This document shows positions 46,626 to 56,590 of a DNA stretch of 64,000 bases, piece after piece. The DNA lies in IMG/VR virus record IMGVR_UViG_3300025674_000023, positions 23,867-87,866 of that record; one strand, written 5' to 3'. Source of the DNA: a virus. Under the pieces are notes generated by a model. The model made no database searches. It was given only the letters and a program-made list of their open reading frames with translations, and was not told the origin of the DNA. Numbering within the stretch: position 1 is the first letter of the stretch; the number at the start of each line of letters is the position of its first letter. The translations under genes and the position numbers were made by a program.

Positions 46626-47248
46626 AATTAGATCAATTAAAATCCATAGTTTCGAGTTCTGAATCTAATCCATATATTTCATGGAATGATCCTAGTCTAC
46701 TTGAAAAAGTAAAAAATAATTCAGTTTTTAACAGCATCATCAACAACAATGAAAATATCTCTGGATATTTTAAATTGCTTCATAGTCTTACTAAAGAAAT
46801 TGACGGTATTATTGTTGAATGTGGAAATAGAGAGGGATTGGGTATTATTTCTGTCTATGATGCCTTAAAAGAAAATAGTAAATTTTATACCCTTGATATT
46901 GTTGATGATGTTAGATTTGTTACTGACAAAATCAAGAATGATAATAGAGTTTATATTATGAATAATTTCGATAGTCTTGATGCTGAGAAAGTAAAAGATA
47001 ATTTTGATAAGAAAAGTATATCAATGATATTTTTTGATACAATTCATACTTATGAACAATTGTCTAAAGAGTATGAAGTTTGGCATCCATACATGAAAGA
47101 TGATTGTATAATGTTGGTTGATGATATTCGTGATTATGCTCCTGGCAGATCAAAATGGAAATTCCATCAAGAATTGGATTGGTCTTACAAAAAAGATGTA
47201 GGAGATTGGGCACACAAAGATACTGGATTTGGAGTTTACTTTAAATGA
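46622..47248 (+). CDS. Class I SAM-dependent methyltransferase
   Basis: IVECGNREG, FFDTIHTY, LVDD. Confidence 0.7.
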   Translation: MKLDQLKSIVSSSESNPYISWNDPSLLEKVKNNSVFNSIINNNENISGYFKLLHSLTKEIDGIIVECGNREGLGIISVYDALKENSKFYTLDIVDDVRFVTDKIKNDNRVYIMNNFDSLDAEKVKDNFDKKSISMIFFDTIHTYEQLSKEYEVWHPYMKDDCIMLVDDIRDYAPGRSKWKFHQELDWSYKKDVGDWAHKDTGFGVYFK

Positions 47249-48147
47249 AAGTTATAGGAATTCTACCTTTTAAAAACGAAGAACAATATCTTCCAACATA
47301 TCTTTCTAATGTTCAACCAATCTGTGATGAGATTATTGCGGTTGATGATCACTCAACAGATAATTCTCGCCAGATCATGGAAGATGCTGGTGTGATTGTG
47401 AAGGGGTATGAGGATACCGAAAACCTTAAGGGTGGTTGGACTTGTGGACTAATTCGTCAACACTTGTTTAACTATGCTAGAGAGGCAGGTGGAACACACT
47501 TTGTTTGCCTGGATGCTGACGAAACGTTTACTTCAAACTTTGTTCCGATTGCTAGAGATATTATGTCTCAACTCAATCCAGGAGAAAAAGTTTATATGCA
47601 GTGGTTAGCATTGTGGAAGAGTTGCACTCACTATCGTGATGATCATACCGTATGGAGTCGTAACTTCAAAGATTTCATTGTTGCCGATCATCCAGATCTA
47701 AATTACTCATACAACTATATGTGTGAAGGCAGAACCATCGGAATAAACAATAATGATACTCTTCGTCGATTAAAAGTTGAGCACGGTGCCGTTCTACACT
47801 ACCAGTTCTCATATTTTAATAACTTCTTATTGAAGCAGGCATGGTGTCAAGTTGGTGAATTAGTCCAGCAGGGACCTGGTGCTCTGGGTGCTATTAATGC
47901 CAAATATCAAATCTGCTATCAGGATCAAAATGTTGGTATGAGAGAAATGCCAAAAGAATGGATTGAAGGTATTCCAACTCCAAATATTCCTAACTTTGAT
48001 CCAGAATGGAATGATGACAATTTTTTAAGAAAAAATCTTTTACCAGATATTATTAAACACTTTGAGACATATGGTGCTGATTATTTTTCTGGTCTGAACA
48101 TTTGGCAGATTCCACAACTTGTAGAATGGAGAGAAAAAAATGCATAA
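47245..48147 (+). CDS. Glycosyltransferase family 2
   Basis: KNEE, VDDHSTD, LDADE. Confidence 0.85.
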   Translation: MKVIGILPFKNEEQYLPTYLSNVQPICDEIIAVDDHSTDNSRQIMEDAGVIVKGYEDTENLKGGWTCGLIRQHLFNYAREAGGTHFVCLDADETFTSNFVPIARDIMSQLNPGEKVYMQWLALWKSCTHYRDDHTVWSRNFKDFIVADHPDLNYSYNYMCEGRTIGINNNDTLRRLKVEHGAVLHYQFSYFNNFLLKQAWCQVGELVQQGPGALGAINAKYQICYQDQNVGMREMPKEWIEGIPTPNIPNFDPEWNDDNFLRKNLLPDIIKHFETYGADYFSGLNIWQIPQLVEWREKNA

Positions 48148-48850
48148 TTTTTCTTACGGATATGAAGAACCTAATAGAGATGAATTAAATCAATTCCTCA
48201 CTAAAAAAAGAAAGGATGGTAACTTTAAAGTTCTTGATGTTGGTGGTGCAGTTGGACCCTGGTTCTGGAAAAATACTGATGTTATAATGGACTTTGTTTG
48301 TCCAAAAGGATTTGATGGACAATATATTGAAGGTAATATAACGCAACCAGAAGGTTGGGAACAAATTTTTACTTGGGTTAAGGATAACAAAAAGTTTGAT
48401 TTTGTTATCTGTCGTCAAACTCTTGAAGATATCAGTCATCCAGAGTTTGTTGTAAATCAACTTCAGAAGGTTGCTAAAGCAGGATGGATTGGAGTTCCAA
48501 GTAAACAAATGGAACTCATGCGTGGATGGTATCCAGAAATCCCACAAACTAGAGGTCTACATCATCATCGATGGATTTATGTAACTAAAAATGGTCGTTG
48601 GTATGGATTGCCTAAAATGGGGTGGACTGACTCCATTCCCGATTCTAATTTGACGCAAGTAATTTGTCCTGGTAATCCTAAAGGTTATGAGTTGAGTTTT
48701 TATTGGGAAAAGGAGATTGATGTGTTTTGGGTTCTTCCCTTTACTGATAATCTTCCAGATGATTATGGTGATGATTTTGTCCGCCACTGTTTGCAAGATG
48801 TCAAGCATCCATGGGATCTTTGGGTTAAAATGTTGAATGAGTCTGACTGA
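48140..48850 (+). CDS. Class I SAM-dependent methyltransferase
   Basis: KVLDVGG, FDFVICRQTLED. Confidence 0.75.
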   Translation: MHNFSYGYEEPNRDELNQFLTKKRKDGNFKVLDVGGAVGPWFWKNTDVIMDFVCPKGFDGQYIEGNITQPEGWEQIFTWVKDNKKFDFVICRQTLEDISHPEFVVNQLQKVAKAGWIGVPSKQMELMRGWYPEIPQTRGLHHHRWIYVTKNGRWYGLPKMGWTDSIPDSNLTQVICPGNPKGYELSFYWEKEIDVFWVLPFTDNLPDDYGDDFVRHCLQDVKHPWDLWVKMLNESD

Positions 48851-49929
48851 TGATTAAAATTGCTTTCGTTAAGTTTGGTGGAATGGCAATTGGTGGAACA
48901 GAAAAAGTTCTTCAAACAATTGCCTCAGAGTTGCCAAAAGATAGGTTTCAAGTAGATTATTACTATTGTGATGCTGCTCCTTATATTGGATCTGATTTTA
49001 AACATATCGATACGGATCCAAGTAGAGTGGAGTATTGTAAGAATAATGGAGTCAAACTAATCAAGTTTAATGTTCAGTTTAAGAATGTAACTACTCCAAC
49101 ACATGATTGGGTTAATACAAACTTTTGGGATGTATTTGATGAAGATGCTTATGATGTAATTGTAAGTGGAAGAGCAGGACATCCAGAGTATCCTTTTTAC
49201 TTAATTAAAAATACACCAATTGTTGATACCATTCACCTTGCAGGAATGGCAGAAAACAAACCAAACGTATATAAAACGATTCTTATCTCGAACGAGCAAA
49301 GAGAACGTTGGATAGGTGCTGGTGGACCTAGAAATAAGTCAATGATTATTCCAAACCCAGTTTATGTTCCAGAGACAAAAGAAAAATATTCTTATCCTCA
49401 GAAGTTTACTTTTGGACTTCACCAAAGAAACGATGATGGTATTTTTTCTCCAATCCCTTTAGAAGCATATAAAGAGGTTGAAAGTTCTGAGACGATGTTC
49501 TTACTTCTTGGTGGAAGTGAACGATATAAGCAACAGGCACAGTCTTTAGGTATTAAGAACATTGAATTTCTACCAACAACTGCAGATCTTTTGGATGTCC
49601 ATAAGTTTTTGAATACATTATCTGTTTATGCACATGGCAGAGCAGATGGTGAACAGTGTTCTTGTGCTATTATAGAAGCAATGTCTCATGGAATTCCAAT
49701 GATTAGTCATGTTGCTCCAAGTATGGGACAGGCAGAACAAATTGCTGATGGTGGTGCCATTGTTAGTAATTCTAGTGAGTATGCTGATGTGATGAGGCGT
49801 TTAATCAGCGACTCTAAATATTATAAAATTTGTTGTAATAATTCAATGAGCAGATATAATTCAGTCTATTCTTTGAATTCTGTTATGGCAAAATATATTA
49901 AATTGTTTGAGGAAATTGTAAATGTCTAG
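48850..49929 (+). CDS. GT-B glycosyltransferase (GT4-like)
   Basis: GGTEK, EQCSCAIIEAMSHGIP. Confidence 0.8.
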   Translation: MIKIAFVKFGGMAIGGTEKVLQTIASELPKDRFQVDYYYCDAAPYIGSDFKHIDTDPSRVEYCKNNGVKLIKFNVQFKNVTTPTHDWVNTNFWDVFDEDAYDVIVSGRAGHPEYPFYLIKNTPIVDTIHLAGMAENKPNVYKTILISNEQRERWIGAGGPRNKSMIIPNPVYVPETKEKYSYPQKFTFGLHQRNDDGIFSPIPLEAYKEVESSETMFLLLGGSERYKQQAQSLGIKNIEFLPTTADLLDVHKFLNTLSVYAHGRADGEQCSCAIIEAMSHGIPMISHVAPSMGQAEQIADGGAIVSNSSEYADVMRRLISDSKYYKICCNNSMSRYNSVYSLNSVMAKYIKLFEEIVNV

Positions 49930-50557
49930 GTTGCTATCATATGAAAATCACAATAGTGAATACATTCAAGACAATGCTTTCGAAAGAGAAAAGAGAGCAC
50001 ATGATTTAAAAAATGAAGATAATTTCAAGTTTCTTTATCAAGACGATGTTCCACATGGTGATGTTTTAGATCAAACAGACTTTAAGTATTGTGTTGATAT
50101 TGGTGCTGGAACTGGATGGTTTGCAAACTATCTTGTAGAAAAACGAGGATATAAAAAAGTATATGCAATAGAACCATCGGAAGCAGCACTTAAGATTGCT
50201 GAAGAGTTATACCCAGAGCAAACTGGTATTGATCTGATTGTTGGATTTGCAGAAGAAGAAATTCCAAAATTAAAGTTGAGATCAAAGGCATTGTTCTCAA
50301 CTATGTGTGTCTTTGCTCATCTTACAGATGATGTTGTTGAAGAAATCTTAAAAGCAATTGATGGTGTATCTAAAAAAGGGTCAATATTAGTTTGTTCAGA
50401 GCCTTGGGGTGATGAGTATCACAGGGATTGTTGGCATGTTCGTTCTCCTTATTGGTGGTCTGAAATTATGCCAGATTGGGAATTTGAATTTTACTCTGAT
50501 TATCGATTAAACGATCCATCTGGACGCTATAAGGGATTCATTGCCACTAAATCATGA
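49922..50557 (+). CDS. Class I SAM-dependent methyltransferase
   Basis: VDIGAGTG, YAIEPS. Confidence 0.85.
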   Translation: MSRLLSYENHNSEYIQDNAFEREKRAHDLKNEDNFKFLYQDDVPHGDVLDQTDFKYCVDIGAGTGWFANYLVEKRGYKKVYAIEPSEAALKIAEELYPEQTGIDLIVGFAEEEIPKLKLRSKALFSTMCVFAHLTDDVVEEILKAIDGVSKKGSILVCSEPWGDEYHRDCWHVRSPYWWSEIMPDWEFEFYSDYRLNDPSGRYKGFIATKS

Positions 50558-51675
50558 AAGTCTTAATTACTGGTGGTGCTGGGTTTATTGGTTCTCACAC
50601 CGCAGACCGCCTTCTTGGAATGGGATATGAAGTTCGTGTCCTTGATTATCTAACACAACCAGTTCATCCCGAAGGAAAGAAACCATCATACCTTGATCCT
50701 AGAATCGAATTTATTCAAGGTAATGTTACATCCAAAAGTGTTCTTTATGCAGCACTGGATGGAGTTGATGTAGTTTACCATCTTGCAGCATTTCAAGATT
50801 ATCTTCCGCAGTTTTCTAAATTTGTTGACGTTAATATTAGATCGACAACGCTGATTTATGAACTGATTTATGAATTTAATCTACCAATCAAAAAAGTAAT
50901 TGTTGCAAGTAGTCAGGCAGCACTTGGTGAAGGAGTTTATATTGATGCTATCGAGCAACAAATTCAACCTGACATGAGGTTGGAGGAAGATCTTCGTCGT
51001 GGTAGATGGGAACCTAGATGTCCAGAAGGTTATGAAGGACCTCTTGTGTGGGCACCAACTGATGAAACAAAAACCAACCCACAAAATCCATATGGGATGA
51101 GTAAAATATCCCAAGAGATGTTCGCACTGTTTCTTGGTAAGAGATATAATATTCCCACAGTTGCTTTGAGATATTCTATTGTTCAGGGATCACGTCAGAG
51201 TTTCTATAATGCTTATAGTGGTGCCTGTCGCATATTCTCACTGGCATTCCATCAAGGTAAAGAACCACCCATTTATGAGGATGGAAATCAAATTAGGGAT
51301 TTTGTAAATATCCATGATGTAGTTGATGCAAACGTTCTTGTGCTTGAGGATGAGAGAGCAGATTATGAAATGTTCAATGTTGGGGGTGGCATTCCCATAA
51401 CCGTTAAAAACTTTGCTAAGGTTGTTGCCGATGCTTATGGGTATACTGATTATGAACCAAAAGGTTGTGGAAAGTATCGCTTTGGTGATACCAGACACAT
51501 TTTCTCTAATATTAATAAGTTGCGTAATCTTGGATGGGAACCAAAAAGAACAGTTCAAGATAGTGTGTTAGAATATAAGGAGTGGTTAGATACATCTGAT
51601 TGTGTTGACGATATCGTCGAATATTGTTCAAAGAAAATGCAAGAACTGAATGTTGTGAGGAGTATCAATGCTTAA
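50554..51675 (+). CDS. NAD-dependent epimerase/dehydratase
   Basis: TGGAGFIG, YGMSK, RDFVNIHD. Confidence 0.9.
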   Translation: MKVLITGGAGFIGSHTADRLLGMGYEVRVLDYLTQPVHPEGKKPSYLDPRIEFIQGNVTSKSVLYAALDGVDVVYHLAAFQDYLPQFSKFVDVNIRSTTLIYELIYEFNLPIKKVIVASSQAALGEGVYIDAIEQQIQPDMRLEEDLRRGRWEPRCPEGYEGPLVWAPTDETKTNPQNPYGMSKISQEMFALFLGKRYNIPTVALRYSIVQGSRQSFYNAYSGACRIFSLAFHQGKEPPIYEDGNQIRDFVNIHDVVDANVLVLEDERADYEMFNVGGGIPITVKNFAKVVADAYGYTDYEPKGCGKYRFGDTRHIFSNINKLRNLGWEPKRTVQDSVLEYKEWLDTSDCVDDIVEYCSKKMQELNVVRSINA

Positions 51676-52528
51676 TTTATTCTATGAGCAATCATATTGG
51701 GGTGGTGCATCGAGAATGAATGGGCCACAAAAAGTTGTGGTTAATTTACTCAAAAGTTTGGAACAAGAAAAAATTCCTTATACTATTAATGAAGAAAAGT
51801 ATAAGTATAATTTTTTAATTCATTATGATTACACTGGTCATCTAAAGCATTCCAAACTAAAGTTGGATTATTGTTTTATTGGGCCACAAATTTGGTTTTT
51901 TGATCAGCACGTAAAAACTCTTCAACAAAATCCACATTATTACAAATCACTCATTGTTCCTTCTCAGTGGACTAAAGACCTTGCCATTGAGAAATTTAAT
52001 TTTCCTGAAGAAAAAATTTCTACTTGGCCAGTTGGAATTGAAACAAAACCTTTTGAAAGAAACATCAAATATGATTGTTTAGTTTACTTTAAACGTAGAA
52101 GTGAAGATGAACTCAAGAAAGTAATTGAGTTTTTGGAAAGTAAAGGTCTTTCCTATAACGTAATCTCTTATGGATCTTATACTGAGGATCAACTTGAAAA
52201 TCTTTGTGACCAATCAAGATTTTGTTTTCTTTTGAACGGAACAGAAAGTCAAGGTATTGCAGTTCAAGAAATCATGGCAAGAGATGTTCCAATGCTTGTT
52301 TGGGATGTAACACATTGGAATGATCAGGGACCAGAGTGGTCTTGTCATGCTACTTCAGTTCCTTATTGGTCAGATGAATGTGGTGAACGTTTCTTTAATG
52401 AGGCGGGAATAGAAGATGCGTATGAAAAATTATGTGGTAGAATGTATGAACCCGCAACTTTCGTAGAAAGAGAACTTTCTCTTAAAGCATCCGTAAACAA
52501 ACTTCTTGATATTTTCAATGCTAATTAA
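51668..52528 (+). CDS. Putative GT-B glycosyltransferase
   Basis: IVPSQW, ESQGIAVQEIMA.DVP. Confidence 0.6.
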   Translation: MLNLFYEQSYWGGASRMNGPQKVVVNLLKSLEQEKIPYTINEEKYKYNFLIHYDYTGHLKHSKLKLDYCFIGPQIWFFDQHVKTLQQNPHYYKSLIVPSQWTKDLAIEKFNFPEEKISTWPVGIETKPFERNIKYDCLVYFKRRSEDELKKVIEFLESKGLSYNVISYGSYTEDQLENLCDQSRFCFLLNGTESQGIAVQEIMARDVPMLVWDVTHWNDQGPEWSCHATSVPYWSDECGERFFNEAGIEDAYEKLCGRMYEPATFVERELSLKASVNKLLDIFNAN

Positions 52529-53141
52529 TTTTTCAAATCTATTTTCAAAATACAATATGGAGGTAAGTGGTGTTCTTCATATTGGAGCACATCATGGTGA
52601 AGAGATTGGTGATTATGTTAGAGAAGGTTTGAAGAATCTTGTGTTCTTTGAACCTCTTTCTGAGTCTCTGGAAATCTTAGAAAACAATTTATCCAAATAT
52701 GCCAACGATGCAAACATTATTATCTTTCCTTTTGCCTTAGGAAATGAAGATAAAGAAGTTGAAATGTTTGTGAGTGATCATGCTGGTATGTGTAGTTCCG
52801 TTCTAAAACCAAAGATTGTTTTGGAACAATATCCTGGTATCAAGTTTCCGAAGAAAGAAACTGTTAAGATGATTCGTCTTGATGATGCCGAGATTGACTT
52901 TGAATGTAACATGATGAATATCGATGTTCAGGGTTATGAACTTGAAGTTCTGAAGGGAGCATCCGAAACACTCAATAAAATTGATTATGTCTACACAGAA
53001 ATAAATAGGGCAGAAGTATATGAGAATGCTCCTCATGTTGATGAGTTGGATGCATTCTTATCTCCATACGGGTTTGTCAGAGTAGAAACTGACTGGTCTG
53101 GTGATACTTGGGGAGATGCTTTCTATATCAAGGAGAAATAA
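52518..53141 (+). CDS. FkbM-family methyltransferase
   Basis: HIGAHHG, FEP, RLDD, IDVQGYELEVLKG. Confidence 0.88.
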   Translation: MLINFSNLFSKYNMEVSGVLHIGAHHGEEIGDYVREGLKNLVFFEPLSESLEILENNLSKYANDANIIIFPFALGNEDKEVEMFVSDHAGMCSSVLKPKIVLEQYPGIKFPKKETVKMIRLDDAEIDFECNMMNIDVQGYELEVLKGASETLNKIDYVYTEINRAEVYENAPHVDELDAFLSPYGFVRVETDWSGDTWGDAFYIKEK

Positions 53142-53142
53142 A

Positions 53143-53811
53143 ATGTATACCATACCAGAGACTTGTCAGATTGATTGTCTGAATGACATCTATAACAAAT
53201 ATTTTGGGTATCCTTCTACTGGATATTTTGTAGAAGTTGGTGCCTATGATGGTGAGTTTGTTTCTAATACATCCTGCCTTGCTGATCACGGGTGGGAAGG
53301 ATTGTATATTGAACCAATTTATAATCACTATCAAAAGTGTTTGAGGCGTCATGATGCCAATAATGTAACAGTTGCTAATGTTGCTATTGGATTGGAAGAA
53401 GGTGAAACTACCATTTATTATGGTGATACATTGACCACGTTGGATCCTGAACAGGTTAATAGGTACAGTGAGATTGATTGGGCACAGCACATTAGTTTTT
53501 CTGAAACTACTTGTGATCAAATGCGCTTGGATACTTTGATGGAAAAGATCGAGGTTCCCAAGAACTTTGATGTTCTGGTTGTTGATGTTGAAGGTAAAGA
53601 AGCAGAAGTATTTGAAACCTTTGATCTTGATGAATGGAAACCAAAGATGATCATTGTTGAACTTGAGGATGAGCATCCATCATTCCAAAAGTATCCAGAA
53701 CTTCTTGAAAAGATTAAAACACTAAGAGGTTTCCTTCAAGAAAAGGGATATGTTGAAATCTTCAAGGATCATATCAATACAGTTCTAGTGAGAGAGGAAT
53801 TTAAAAAGTGA
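53143..53811 (+). CDS. FkbM-family methyltransferase
   Basis: FVEVGAYDG...SNT...GW.GLYIEP, VDVEG.E. Confidence 0.88.
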   Translation: MYTIPETCQIDCLNDIYNKYFGYPSTGYFVEVGAYDGEFVSNTSCLADHGWEGLYIEPIYNHYQKCLRRHDANNVTVANVAIGLEEGETTIYYGDTLTTLDPEQVNRYSEIDWAQHISFSETTCDQMRLDTLMEKIEVPKNFDVLVVDVEGKEAEVFETFDLDEWKPKMIIVELEDEHPSFQKYPELLEKIKTLRGFLQEKGYVEIFKDHINTVLVREEFKK

Positions 53812-54503
53812 AAATTTGTATCTTGACCATTGCCACAAACAAGTACCTTCAGTTTGTGGAAAAACTGTATACTGATATCTCTGAAAAGTTTCTTCCTGGT
53901 GCAGAGATTAATTGCCTTCTTTTTACTGACCATGAGATTGAAGAAGCAGGTGATAATGTTAGGGTTCATTACATTGATCATGAACCCTGGCCAATGCCCA
54001 CTTTAAAGCGTTATAACTACTTTGTGAAGGAAAAGGATTTTATCCTGGAGCATGATTATTGCTTCTACTTCGATGCCGATATGCGGATTGATAATCCAGT
54101 TGGCGAAGAAGTTCTTGCTGATGGGGTTGTTGCCACAAAGCACCCATATCAATCATTCCATAGTGTGACTGATATGTCTTATGATCGCAACCCCGATTCA
54201 CTGGCATACGTTCCTATGGGTGAAGGGAACACATACTTTGCTGGTGGTTTTAACGGTGGTAAAACGGAAAGTTTTATGGAGATGGCAGAAGTTATTGCCA
54301 ATAATGTAAACAAAGATCTTGAGAAAGGTATTGTTGCACTCTGGCATGATGAAAGTCATATGAATCGTTATCTAATTGATAATCCTCCAGCATTAGAATT
54401 AACTCCTACTTATTGTTATGCTGAAGAATTCTATGGAACTAATTATCCATACGAACCCAAAATCATTGCTTTGAAGAAAAATCACAATGAACTTAGATCT
54501 TAG
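53808..54503 (+). CDS. Glycosyltransferase family 6 (ABO-type alpha-1,3-Gal/GalNAc transferase)
   Basis: IATNKY, FTD, WP..TL.R, YFDADM, YFAGGFNGG, WHDESHMNRY. Confidence 0.9.
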   Translation: MKICILTIATNKYLQFVEKLYTDISEKFLPGAEINCLLFTDHEIEEAGDNVRVHYIDHEPWPMPTLKRYNYFVKEKDFILEHDYCFYFDADMRIDNPVGEEVLADGVVATKHPYQSFHSVTDMSYDRNPDSLAYVPMGEGNTYFAGGFNGGKTESFMEMAEVIANNVNKDLEKGIVALWHDESHMNRYLIDNPPALELTPTYCYAEEFYGTNYPYEPKIIALKKNHNELRS

Positions 54504-55143
54504 AGAAATTCCCTTTTACTACATTAATCTTGATGATGCAGTAGGAAGAAGAGAAAGAACCGAATCCCAGTTAACAGAACTGGGTATCAAAAGTATTACT
54601 AGAATTCCTGCCATTCGCCATACTTATGGTGCTGCTGGAACCCCTAGATCAATGCTCAAGGCATTAGAACAGGCACACAATGGTCAACCATTTGTATTGA
54701 TGGAAGATGATGTTGCTGTTAAACGCTGGGAACCTATCATCGAAATTCCAGATGATTCCGATGCTTTTTATCTTGGTATTTCTGGGTGGGGAAGAATGAA
54801 TTCCCATTCAGGACCCTTTGTTCAATGGGAAAATGTTACTGATGATATTCTTCGTGTTTATAACATGTTGAGTGGTCATGCGATCATGTATATTTCTGAC
54901 CGCTATATTGACATAGCAAAGCGTATCGCCTATCATGCTGGATATAACATTGAGGATCATGTAGACATTGGATTTGCAGAGGTTCAGCGTTGGCATAATG
55001 TATATGCTTTTGATGATCCATATTTCTACCAAACAAGTTCTGGTGGAAATCAAACCGTAACTTATAGTCCACTCTCCGAACAAACATCGATGGAGTGTAT
55101 TACCTATATGAAACCTTATTATCTACCACAAAGAGTTATTTAA
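54487..55143 (+). CDS. Glycosyltransferase, GT25-like
   Basis: YYINLD...RR, LMEDD. Confidence 0.7.
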   Translation: MNLDLREIPFYYINLDDAVGRRERTESQLTELGIKSITRIPAIRHTYGAAGTPRSMLKALEQAHNGQPFVLMEDDVAVKRWEPIIEIPDDSDAFYLGISGWGRMNSHSGPFVQWENVTDDILRVYNMLSGHAIMYISDRYIDIAKRIAYHAGYNIEDHVDIGFAEVQRWHNVYAFDDPYFYQTSSGGNQTVTYSPLSEQTSMECITYMKPYYLPQRVI

Positions 55144-56090
55144 TGTATATTGCACATTGTCCTCTAAGAATCTCTCTGTTTGGGGGATCTACTGATAGTC
55201 CATATTTTGTTGAAAAATATGGGTATGGTTCTGTAATTAGTTTTGCATCTAATCTCAAAACCTATGTAACTGTTGGTAGAGATTTATTTGGTATTAATAA
55301 TCTGGATCATAAGTATCGTTTGAATTATTCAAAGCGAGAAGATGTTCATACCATTCCAGAAATTAAGAATGAGGTGATACGTGTTGTTCTAGAACACTTT
55401 AATATTGATCCAGTACAAATTAATCTTTTTGGTGATGCTTATTCACAGGGTAGTGGATTAGCATCATCTTCTTCATATATTATTAGTCTTATTAAAGCAG
55501 CATCGATGCTTTGTGATAAGAAGATGTCTGAGGTTGAGATGTGTGCTCTGGCATATAACTTAGAAAGAAAGTTTAATCCATACTGTGGGTATCAAGATCC
55601 TTATGGGTGTGGAGTTGGTGGATTTAAAAGAATTGAATTCTATCCCAAAGATAGAGTTACCTATGATTATCTACCATCATCTTTCTTTGATCCATATGAT
55701 ATTCACCTTATCTTTACTGGAGTGACAAGAAACTCCAAAGGTGTTCTCAAAGATGTAAGTTGCAATCTTGATAAGGTTAAGAATCTTCTTCCTATCGTTG
55801 ATGAAGCATATGATTCTATTGTTAATGAGAATCATATGCAAGTATTTGCTCTGATGAACGAATCGTGGGAACAGAAGAAAAAGACCAGTTCTATCATTAC
55901 AGAGAATGAAACCATTCAAGAAATGGATTTTGAATTAAGTTTCAACAAAACTGTTTTATCGCATAAACTATGTGGTGCAGGTAATGGTGGGTTCTTCTTG
56001 ACATTCTCTGAAAAAGGGCAGTTGAATATTCCATATCATTCTGTTAAAATAGAAGTATCGTCTCAAGGTGTATCGGGTCAAGAAGTATGA
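55143..56090 (+). CDS. GHMP sugar kinase, HddA-like (heptose-7-phosphate 1-kinase)
   Basis: PLRISLFGGSTD, GSGLASSSS, GYQD, KLCGAGNGGF. Confidence 0.82.
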   Translation: MYIAHCPLRISLFGGSTDSPYFVEKYGYGSVISFASNLKTYVTVGRDLFGINNLDHKYRLNYSKREDVHTIPEIKNEVIRVVLEHFNIDPVQINLFGDAYSQGSGLASSSSYIISLIKAASMLCDKKMSEVEMCALAYNLERKFNPYCGYQDPYGCGVGGFKRIEFYPKDRVTYDYLPSSFFDPYDIHLIFTGVTRNSKGVLKDVSCNLDKVKNLLPIVDEAYDSIVNENHMQVFALMNESWEQKKKTSSIITENETIQEMDFELSFNKTVLSHKLCGAGNGGFFLTFSEKGQLNIPYHSVKIEVSSQGVSGQEV

Positions 56091-56590
56091 ATCCGTTTTG
56101 CGAATATGTAGATGCACTTAAATGTGCTCACATGGAAAGTGAGTTTCAAAAATTTAAGGAAGCATTTGAGGAGCATAAAAGAATTATCATCCTAGGTAAT
56201 GGTGGTAGCAATTCTGTTGCATCACATATCTCTCAGGATTATATGAAGTTTGGGAAGAAGAGAGTATCTATCTTTTCTGACCCATCTATGCTTACCATGC
56301 TTGCTAATGACTTTGGGTATGAAAATGCATATCTGAAGTTTTTGGAGTATCATGTTGAGAATGAAACGCTTGTTATTCTTATAAGTTCTGGTGGCGAATC
56401 TGAAAATATTATTAAGTGTCAAAAATATTGTGAAGAAAATGACATTGGATATGGTGTTCTCACTGGATTTTATCCGAATAATAGATTGAGAATAATGTCA
56501 AAGAAAGCACTATTTAACTATCATATATACAGCGAGTCTTATGGTGTTGTAGAATGTGTTCATCAAATTTTCCTCCATGGAGTAGTATGA
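56087..56590 (+). CDS. gmhA: Phosphoheptose isomerase (SIS domain)
   Basis: GNGGS, ANDFGY, ISSGGES.N, YG.VE..H. Confidence 0.82.
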   Translation: MNPFCEYVDALKCAHMESEFQKFKEAFEEHKRIIILGNGGSNSVASHISQDYMKFGKKRVSIFSDPSMLTMLANDFGYENAYLKFLEYHVENETLVILISSGGESENIIKCQKYCEENDIGYGVLTGFYPNNRLRIMSKKALFNYHIYSESYGVVECVHQIFLHGVV

